From Verrucomicrobiota bacterium (GTDB lineage: Bacteria > Verrucomicrobiota > Verrucomicrobiia > Chthoniobacterales > SZAS-18), in assembly GCA_031370675.1 (NCBI GenBank), contig JANMQT010000038.1, positions 1-24,000 of the forward strand: 24,000 bases of DNA, read 5' to 3'. The notes under the pieces were generated by a model, which saw only the letters and a program-made list of their open reading frames with translations, was not told the origin of the DNA and did no database searches. Shown here piece after piece: positions 1-6,829 of the stretch. Each line of letters starts with the position of its first letter. The first letter of the stretch is position 1. The translations under genes and the position numbers were made by a program.

Positions 1-1
1 G

Positions 2-802
2 CCCAGCGAGCAAAACATGCCGACGCAGCTCATCAATCTCTCAACGCGCCTGCGCGTGGAGACCGGCGAAGGCGTCGCGATCGCCGGCTTTGTCGTGGCC
101 GGCAGCCAGCCCAAGCGTGTCATCATTCGCGCGCTTGGTCCAAGCCTGCTCACCAGCGGCGTGGCCGGCGCATTGAGCGCCACGATTCTCGACCTCTATA
201 ACGCGAACAGCCAGAAGATCGCGACCAACACCGGCTGGACCAGCAGCACCGACTCCGCCGCCATCACTGCGAGCGGGTTTTCACCGCGCGATTCGCGCGA
301 GTCCGCCATTATTCAGACCCTCGCTCCAGGCGCGTACACCGCGATCGTCAGCGCCCCGGGTGGCGCCACCGGCGTCGCCCTCGTCGAGATGTACGATCTC
401 GACCGCTCAAACGTTAGCGTCCGGCCGGTCAATGTTTCCACCCGCGGCCGCGTGCTCAGCGCAGACAATGTCATGATCGGGGGCTTCGTCATCGGCGGCA
501 ACCGGCCGCGGCGCGTCATCTTGCGGGCGCTCGGGCCCTCCCTCGCGGCGCGCGGCGTGAATCAGTATCTCGCCAACCCGCAGGTCGCCCTCTACGACGG
601 CGCCGGGGGCGAAATGTCGGTCAACGCCGGCTGGCGCACGTCCGATCAGGCGGCCGCCATCTCGGCCAGCCAGCGCCAACCCACGGACGACCGGGAATCT
701 GCCATCATCGCGACCCTCGCTCCCGGAGCCTACACGGCCATCGTGCGCGGAGTCGGCGGATCGACCGGTGTGGCCCTGGTCGAGGTCTACGATTTGGAGT
801 AG
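2..802 (+). CDS. C-terminal part of a repeat-domain (probably secreted or surface) protein. Two tandem copies of a ~124-aa uncharacterised domain. Gene probably starts upstream of the window.
   Basis: The frame is open from nt 2 (PSEQN precedes the first ATG at 17). No signal peptide follows that ATG, and the domain begins at about residue 6. Copy 1 is nt 32-403 and copy 2 is nt 428-799. They share 68/124 identical residues in an ungapped hand alignment. Shared blocks are N-x-STR-x-RV, GF-V-x-G, RV-I-x-RALGPSL, N-x-GW and RESAII-x-TLAPGAYTAIV...TGVALVE-x-YDL. Stop codon TAG is at 800-802. Confidence 0.7.
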   Translation, partial: PSEQNMPTQLINLSTRLRVETGEGVAIAGFVVAGSQPKRVIIRALGPSLLTSGVAGALSATILDLYNANSQKIATNTGWTSSTDSAAITASGFSPRDSRESAIIQTLAPGAYTAIVSAPGGATGVALVEMYDLDRSNVSVRPVNVSTRGRVLSADNVMIGGFVIGGNRPRRVILRALGPSLAARGVNQYLANPQVALYDGAGGEMSVNAGWRTSDQAAAISASQRQPTDDRESAIIATLAPGAYTAIVRGVGGSTGVALVEVYDLE

Positions 803-810
803 GCCCTGCG

Positions 811-3189
811 ATGGCCGACTCGCCTACGCCCGGGCCCGTTCCATCGAAACCCGCGACGCGATCGCGCGAATCCGACGAGAGTTCCCGGATTCAGGCCTTG
901 CGCCGTGAGGGTCACGAATTGGGCCGCAATCTGGAAATCGCGACCCGGCAAATTCAGACCGAGCGCGGTCGGGTTGAATCGATGCGGCGCAGCCTTTCGT
1001 GGCGGCTCACACTCCCTTTTCGCGTCCTCCAGCGCGCCTGGTCCGGCCGTTCGACCGCGCCTCCGCCACCCGCGCCTGTCACCAGCCCGGCGGCGGCGCG
1101 CGCGGCGGAACCGGGCGAGGTCGAATTTCAGTGGCATCTCGATCAGCCCTCCCCGGATCAGATTCATGAGGGGCAAATTCGATTCAGGGGCTGGTGCCTG
1201 GACGCGGGCGGGCGACCCTTTTCCCGCCTGCGCATCCACGCGGGAGCTGATGCCGTGGAGTCGGGCGTCCATCTGCCGAGACCTGATGTCGTGATGTTGC
1301 TCGGGCTCGCGCCCGCCAGCTTGCGCTGCGGATTCGATCTCCGCGTGACGATTCCGCGGGGGAGCGCCGGCGTGACGATCGAAGCCCTCAATGAGCGGGA
1401 TCTCCGCTGGCGGACGATGGAGGTGCTTGAGGTTGCCGGAGCGGCGAGCCGCGGCGGCGGTGACGATGAGGCCGCGCCGTATCGCGCGTGGCTCGCGCAG
1501 CATGACCGATTCGACAACGTGGCGCGAGGCCGGCTCGTCGCCCGTTGCCAGGCGCTGGCGACTCCGCCGCGCATCTCGATCCTGATGCCGACGTGGCAGA
1601 CGGCCGAGCTGTGGCTGCGCGCCGCCATCGAGTCGGTGCGCAACCAGGCCTATGCCCACTGGCAGTTGTGCATCGCCGATGACGCCTCCACCGCGCCGCA
1701 CGTGCGCCGGATTCTCGAGGAATATTCGCGGCTGGATGCGCGCATCGTGCACGTGGTGCGGCCGGAGCGCGGCCACATTTCGGCGGCCACCAACCGCGCG
1801 CTCGAGCTCGCCGACGGTGACTGGATCACGTTTCTGGATCACGACGACGAGCTGCATCCCGCGGCGCTGGCCTGCCTCGCGCTCGAGATTGCCGCGCATC
1901 CGGAGGCCGAGTTGATTTATACGGACGAGGACAAACTGGATGAGGCCGGCCGCCGCTCGACACCGTATTTCAAGCCCGATTGGAATCCCGAGCTCATCAT
2001 CGGACAGAATTTTGTCTGCCACCTCGCGGCGTATCCGGCCGCGCGCCTGCGGGCGCTCGGCGGGCTGCGCGTCGGATTCGAGGGCTGCCAGGACTGGGAC
2101 CTCTTGCTGCGCGCGACCGCGGCGCGGGCCGACGCGCGCGTGCGCCACATCCCGCGCGTGCTCTACCACTGGCGCATGCTGCCGGGATCCACCGCTCGCG
2201 ACCATGGCGTGAAGTCATACGTGATCGCCGCAGGCGAGCGCACGTTGCGCGAGCATTTCACGCGCGCCGGCCTGCCCGCGACGCGGCTCGACGTAAATGC
2301 CTCCGGCCACTGGCGCGCGAGTTATCCCCTGCCCGAGCCGGCGCCACTGGTTTCGGTTCTCATCCCCACGAGAAATCAGCTCGAACACCTCCGGCGCTGC
2401 GTCGACTCCATCCGCGCGAAGACGGATTATCCGAACTACGAAATCGTTGTGGTCGACAATCAGTCCGACGATTCCGCGACACGCGAACAGCTGGCGCATT
2501 GGGAGCGCAGCGGGGGCGTGCGCGTGCTGCCGTACGATGCGCCGTTCAACTACGCGGCGCTGCACAATTTCGCCGTGCCGAAGTGCCGGGGTGAATTGAT
2601 CTGCCTGTTGAACAACGACACCGAGGTCATCTCGCCCCGCTGGTTGCGCGAGCTGGCCGGACACGCAATCCGGCCTTCCGTGGGCGCGGTCGGCGCCATG
2701 CTGCTCTACCCGGACGACACCATCCAGCACGCCGGGATCTTCGTCGGCATCGGCGGCGTGGCGGAGCATCCCTACCATCGGGAACCGCGTGACAGCGGCG
2801 GCCAGATGAGCCGGTTGCTGGTCGCGCAAAATCTTTCCGCGGTCACCGGCGCCTGCCTGATGATTCGCGCGTCACTCTATGCGGAGGCCGGCGGACTGGA
2901 CGAGACGAATCTCGCCATCGCCTACAACGACGTCGATTTCTGCCTGCGCCTCGTCGCGCTCGGCTATCGCAATGTCTGGACGCCCCTCGCCGTCTTGTAT
3001 CATCACGAATCGGTCTCGCGCGGCTACGAGGACACGCCGGAGAAAGTGGCGCGCTTTCGGCGCGAGTACGATTACATGCGCCAACGGTGGGCCGCCCGGC
3101 TGGATCACGATCCGGCGTACAATCCAAACCTGACGCTGCAGCACACCGACTTCGGCCTGGCTCGCGAACCCCGGGTCGACCCCTGGTGA
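811..3189 (+). CDS. Bifunctional family-2 glycosyltransferase (two GT2 catalytic domains) with an N-terminal coiled coil and a beta-rich spacer domain
   Basis: ATG at 811. N-terminal heptad-like helix (aa ~25-60), then SLSWRLTLPFRVL, a motif I recall after coiled coils in polysaccharide-cluster GT/MT proteins. A GW...RPDV spacer domain follows. GT2 domain 1 (aa ~255-455): ISILMPTWQ...CIADDAS...FLDHDDEL...QDWDLLLR. GT2 domain 2 (aa ~513-735): VSVLIPTRN...VVVDNQSDD...LLNNDTEV...GACLMIR...YNDVDFCLR...HHES. Confidence 0.9.
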   Translation: MADSPTPGPVPSKPATRSRESDESSRIQALRREGHELGRNLEIATRQIQTERGRVESMRRSLSWRLTLPFRVLQRAWSGRSTAPPPPAPVTSPAAARAAEPGEVEFQWHLDQPSPDQIHEGQIRFRGWCLDAGGRPFSRLRIHAGADAVESGVHLPRPDVVMLLGLAPASLRCGFDLRVTIPRGSAGVTIEALNERDLRWRTMEVLEVAGAASRGGGDDEAAPYRAWLAQHDRFDNVARGRLVARCQALATPPRISILMPTWQTAELWLRAAIESVRNQAYAHWQLCIADDASTAPHVRRILEEYSRLDARIVHVVRPERGHISAATNRALELADGDWITFLDHDDELHPAALACLALEIAAHPEAELIYTDEDKLDEAGRRSTPYFKPDWNPELIIGQNFVCHLAAYPAARLRALGGLRVGFEGCQDWDLLLRATAARADARVRHIPRVLYHWRMLPGSTARDHGVKSYVIAAGERTLREHFTRAGLPATRLDVNASGHWRASYPLPEPAPLVSVLIPTRNQLEHLRRCVDSIRAKTDYPNYEIVVVDNQSDDSATREQLAHWERSGGVRVLPYDAPFNYAALHNFAVPKCRGELICLLNNDTEVISPRWLRELAGHAIRPSVGAVGAMLLYPDDTIQHAGIFVGIGGVAEHPYHREPRDSGGQMSRLLVAQNLSAVTGACLMIRASLYAEAGGLDETNLAIAYNDVDFCLRLVALGYRNVWTPLAVLYHHESVSRGYEDTPEKVARFRREYDYMRQRWAARLDHDPAYNPNLTLQHTDFGLAREPRVDPW

Positions 3190-3196
3190 CCCCGCC

Positions 3197-3919
3197 ATGA
3201 AACATCGCGAAGCCTGCTACGCGCTGCTGGCCGGCGATGGGATCGACATCGGCGCCCTGCATGAACCCGCCCCGCTGCCGCCCGCCTGCCGCGTGCGCTA
3301 TGTCGATGCCCTCACCCGCGACGAGGCCATCGCGTGCTTCCCGGAAATTGATCATGCGCGGCTGGTGACGCCTGATTTCATCTGCAACCTCGATCGGGCT
3401 GCGCTGCCGTTTCCCGACGATTCGCTGGACTTTGTCGTGCTCAGCCATGTCATCGAGCACGTCGCCAATCCGGTCCGCGTCATCGGTGAAATCTTCCGGG
3501 TTCTGCGTCCAGCCGGCCGGGCGCTAATCGCGGCGCCGGACAAACGATTCACCTTCGACGACAGCCGCGCGCTCACGCCGATCACCATGCTGCTGGAAGA
3601 CTTCCTTGAGCACCGCACGGACGTGCCCGACGAGCGTTACCTTGATTTTCTGCACGGCGCCGGGGCGCATGTTTTTGACGAACCGCCCGAACGCCTGCCC
3701 GGTCACGTGGCCCGGGCGCGCGCGCGGCGTGAACATTGCAGCGTGTGGGACAGCGCGGCCTTCCGCGAATTCCTCGAGGCGGCGCTCCGGGCGACCCACA
3801 CGCAGGCGATCCCCGTACGCGAGCACCTCGGCGACGAAACCCAGCTGGAGTATTGCGGGGTCTGGGAGAAGCACCGGCCATCAATCTGGCGGCGACTCTT
3901 CAAGGGCCATTCCGCCTGA
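3197..3919 (+). CDS. Class I SAM-dependent methyltransferase (Methyltransf_11-like)
   Basis: ATG at 3197, 8 nt after the GT stop, suggesting an operon. Motifs: GDGIDIGA (motif I-like) and LDFVVLSHVIEHVANP...IFRVLRPAGRALIAAP, typical of the class I MTase fold. Confidence 0.8.
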   Translation: MKHREACYALLAGDGIDIGALHEPAPLPPACRVRYVDALTRDEAIACFPEIDHARLVTPDFICNLDRAALPFPDDSLDFVVLSHVIEHVANPVRVIGEIFRVLRPAGRALIAAPDKRFTFDDSRALTPITMLLEDFLEHRTDVPDERYLDFLHGAGAHVFDEPPERLPGHVARARARREHCSVWDSAAFREFLEAALRATHTQAIPVREHLGDETQLEYCGVWEKHRPSIWRRLFKGHSA

Positions 3920-3932
3920 GCAATCCGCCCCC

Positions 3933-3981
3933 CCTCGACCCTCCACCCTCGACCCTCGACGCTTCGTTTTCGACTTTCGAC
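3933..3981. repeat. Seven tandem heptanucleotides: CCTCGAC CCTCCAC CCTCGAC CCTCGAC GCTTCGT TTTCGAC TTTCGAC
   Basis: Read directly from the sequence. TCGA-type cores sit at 3935, 3942 (TCCA), 3949, 3956, 3964 (TCGT), 3970 and 3977. The array lies in the 90-nt spacer between the two methyltransferase genes and ends 28 nt before the ATG at 4010. Confidence 0.9.
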
Positions 3982-4009
3982 CCACGCAGATCTCAGCCAT
4001 CTTTCCGTC

Positions 4010-5065
4010 ATGCCTCCTGCCCTCGCAGCCAGAGCGCCCGGCGCGGTTGCGCACGCGTTCGACGAGTCAGATTTCGGCCATACCGAGCTCGCGCCGACCC
4101 ATCGCATCGATCTGCGCCCGTCGAACACGCCCGATGTCTTCTTCGACGCCGAGCCGGTTTCCGACTGGACCGCACTTTCGTGGGAAAAGCTCGGCCGTCC
4201 CTACCGCGTCGAGCGCTGGTCAAAGGAAAAGCAGGCGTGGGAGCGCGAGCACGGGCAGGAAATGCCGGTGAAGGAATGCTGGACGCATTTCAACCGCTCC
4301 TTTCAGAAATACTTCGATGCCGATCCCGTCGCTGCGCGCCGCGCATCGCTCGGCAAACTGGGTCGGGCGGCCGCCCGTTTCAACGCCGGTGACGTGCGTG
4401 ACGCACTCGAGGAGACCGTGCAATGGAGCGTTTGGAATCACATCCACAAGAAGGAGGACGCCGTCTGGGACCCGCGCGGAAAGCGCGCGTTGTTCGAGGG
4501 TCTCGACGTGAAGCGGCCGAATATTCTCTTCCTCGGCGCGGCCGACGGCTACGAGGCGATGCAAATCATGGCCCTGTATCCCGGAGGGCACGCCGTGCTG
4601 GTGGACTACGACGAATACTGCCGCGATCACCGCTTTGGCGCGTTCCCCGGCAGCTATCCCTTCATCGGCACCAACCCCGCCACCGGCGGCGCAAAGGTCT
4701 GGTATCGCGACGAGATGAACATCGACTTCGAGGTATGCGACATCCGCGATTTAAAATACGGCGCGGAGTTTGACGTCGTCGTCAGCATCGGCCTGGTCGA
4801 GCATTTCCCCGATGAATTCAAACCGCTGGCGTTCGAGATGCACCGGAAATTCCTCAAGCCGGGCGGGCGCGTCATCATCACGACGCCGCGGCTGCAGTTG
4901 AAGTCGAAGCTGTTCTACACGCTCTTTGCCGACTCGATGAATTTTGCGTACCGCGAGCTGATGGACATCACGCACCTCGGGCTCTACGCGTGGGAAAACG
5001 GTTTCGAGATCCTGCGCCACGGCCGCATCAAGGCGCACAACGGCCTCATTTGCCGGGCGCGATAG
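4010..5065 (+). CDS. SAM-dependent methyltransferase with a ~170-aa N-terminal extension of unknown function
   Basis: ATG at 4010. MTase core: NILFLGAADGYEAM (motif I), AVLVDYD, FDVVVSIGLVEHFPDE, FLKPGGRVIITTP. I recognise no family in the first ~170 aa. The start codon is therefore less certain than the reading frame. Confidence 0.75.
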   Translation: MPPALAARAPGAVAHAFDESDFGHTELAPTHRIDLRPSNTPDVFFDAEPVSDWTALSWEKLGRPYRVERWSKEKQAWEREHGQEMPVKECWTHFNRSFQKYFDADPVAARRASLGKLGRAAARFNAGDVRDALEETVQWSVWNHIHKKEDAVWDPRGKRALFEGLDVKRPNILFLGAADGYEAMQIMALYPGGHAVLVDYDEYCRDHRFGAFPGSYPFIGTNPATGGAKVWYRDEMNIDFEVCDIRDLKYGAEFDVVVSIGLVEHFPDEFKPLAFEMHRKFLKPGGRVIITTPRLQLKSKLFYTLFADSMNFAYRELMDITHLGLYAWENGFEILRHGRIKAHNGLICRAR

Positions 5066-5104
5066 TTTTCTCGACTGCGCTCTCGCGGCTGGCATGGTGC
5101 CGCG

Positions 5105-5542
5105 ATGAAACGTTCGATGCTATTCCTCGTCAGTTCGCTGGTCGCGCTCACCGTCGTTCTCGGTTCCGAAGTCAATCCCGCCGACAAAACGGCGATAGAA
5201 CAGGTCATCGCCGCTCAGGTGGACGCGTGGAACGCGGGTAATCTTGAGGGATTCATGCGCGGCTACCTGAAGTCGGACAACATCCGCTTCCTCAGTGGCG
5301 CAAGCATCACGCGTGGTTGGACGACGGTGTTGGAACGTTACCAAAAGGGCTACCCGGACAAGGACACGATGGGGAAACTCTCGCTGGGTGATTTCGAATT
5401 CACCGACCTCGGTCCGGAAACCGTCCTGGTGGTGGGTCGCTGGATGGTCGTCAACACGAAGGGCGAGTTCAAGGGAGTGACGAGCCTGGTGTTCCAACGG
5501 ACCAAGGACGGTTGGAGAATTGTGCACGATCATACGAGCTGA
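5105..5542 (+). CDS. Exported DUF4440 / SnoaL-like (NTF2-fold) protein
   Basis: ATG at 5105. N-terminal signal-like segment MKRSMLFLVSSLVALTVVLG. Core pattern AIEQVIAAQVDAWNAGNLEGFM...GRWMV...VFQRTKDGWRIVHDHTS is typical of DUF4440/NTF2-like proteins. Confidence 0.7.
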   Translation: MKRSMLFLVSSLVALTVVLGSEVNPADKTAIEQVIAAQVDAWNAGNLEGFMRGYLKSDNIRFLSGASITRGWTTVLERYQKGYPDKDTMGKLSLGDFEFTDLGPETVLVVGRWMVVNTKGEFKGVTSLVFQRTKDGWRIVHDHTS

Positions 5543-5568
5543 GGCCGGACAGCGGCCGGATGGATGGT

Positions 5569-6780
5569 TCATATCTGCGCTCCCGTCGCTTGCGGAAGCG
5601 GAGGTGGTTTCACGGCCTCAAACTGACTCGCCCAATCGACCCTGGCGGTGACGGCCATCAACAATCCGAGAGTGACAATCGCGCCGATCGTGATCGTCAG
5701 GCCCGTCAATCCATCGAAGAAAAAACTGTAGCTGAACAACACGAGATACGCGAACTGGGCCGCCGCCGCAATGCGCGCGAAGGCTGGCGTGGAGAGGGCG
5801 CGTACGTAACCGGCCACGAGTCCCAGCGAGACGATCGACGCGATGACGAAGGCGACGTGCAGCGGGATGAGATCGACGAGGTAGGCGAACAGCAGCTGAA
5901 AAGCAAAGAAGCCGGCCGCGAAAAAGAAGTAATGCACCGGGTGAAAATGCAGCCCGCGCACGGCCCCGAGAATCAAGAGCACACTAAAGAAAAAGAGGAG
6001 TGACACGGGGGCGAAGAAAGTGATCCGGGAGGCGACCGGCCCCGGATTCAAGACCGTCGGCATCGCCATCCCGATCGCCTGCGCGCCTATCACATCGGGA
6101 TACTTCCAGTCCAACCGCCAGCCTGCATCCTCCCGCACCCGATCGCCCGGCGAGCCCGTCCCGACCGGGAAATCGATCTCGGCAAAATCGGTGACCATCG
6201 TCAGCGCGAAGTTTCGGATGCGATTGGCGTGACCAAAGGAATAGTCCCAGCGATCCACGCCGCGCGAGCGATAGGCTGCCTTGACCGTGGCCGAGGCGCC
6301 CGGTGGAAGCGTCACGGCCTCGGTGATCCCGGCGGAAGCGGCAACCGCGTTCGTCGAGACCTTGTCGCCAACTCGGAATGAGAAATTCTCGTAGCTCGTG
6401 TCCTTCGCCGGAAATTGAAAATGGACGTAGACTGTCTGGGTGATGGGCGTCGGGTTTTCCAGGCGATAGTCGGCCGCGAAATCGACCACATACGTGCGAT
6501 AGCGCAGCAGCCCGCGTCGCTTCGGTTCGTACTTCAGCCGCACGCGCACCTCACTCGCGGCCGGCTGGATGCGCTGCTTGCCGTCGGGGCTGGCCGGAGA
6601 CGCGTAATAGACAACCGGATGCGATTGCGACATTGCTGGGCCCCAGCCCTGGGAGATGCTCGACTCGAAATTCTTCGAGCGGTCAGCCGTGCGAAAGGCG
6701 AGACTCTGACCCAGCACGAACCAGCCCAACGAGGTGCAAAGAAAGATGGCTCCGATGGCGAGAAGACGTTGGATGCTCAT
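5569..6780 (-). CDS. creD: CreD-family inner-membrane (cell envelope integrity) protein
   Basis: ATG at 6780. Topology matches CreD: one N-terminal TM helix, a ~215-aa periplasmic region, then five C-terminal TM helices. Motifs match my recollection of E. coli CreD: RGLHFHPVHY vs QRLHPMQY, VAFVIASIVSLG vs VAWIIASLIGAI, and TARVDW vs TRNIDW. It is the last gene of a creB/creC-like locus. Confidence 0.65.
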   Translation of the reverse strand: MSIQRLLAIGAIFLCTSLGWFVLGQSLAFRTADRSKNFESSISQGWGPAMSQSHPVVYYASPASPDGKQRIQPAASEVRVRLKYEPKRRGLLRYRTYVVDFAADYRLENPTPITQTVYVHFQFPAKDTSYENFSFRVGDKVSTNAVAASAGITEAVTLPPGASATVKAAYRSRGVDRWDYSFGHANRIRNFALTMVTDFAEIDFPVGTGSPGDRVREDAGWRLDWKYPDVIGAQAIGMAMPTVLNPGPVASRITFFAPVSLLFFFSVLLILGAVRGLHFHPVHYFFFAAGFFAFQLLFAYLVDLIPLHVAFVIASIVSLGLVAGYVRALSTPAFARIAAAAQFAYLVLFSYSFFFDGLTGLTITIGAIVTLGLLMAVTARVDWASQFEAVKPPPLPQATGAQI

Positions 6781-6829
6781 AGGGTGGCGATGCGAGGTTC
6801 GGGTGGAAAAGTTTGTCGGGCGGTCTGCA

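Noticed and set aside
787-2205. 472-aa minus-strand ORF, plus several 60-200-aa ORFs across 811-3460
   Set aside because: These are antisense or out-of-frame shadows of the dual-GT2 gene, whose plus frame carries two complete GT2 motif sets.
3933-3981. Heptad array read as a Pro/Leu/Asp-rich coding segment (PPLDPPPSTLDASFSTFDP in ORF 3736-4392)
   Set aside because: That ORF overlaps two well-supported methyltransferase genes out of frame. A 7-nt repeat cannot maintain a reading frame. It is treated as a non-coding repeat.
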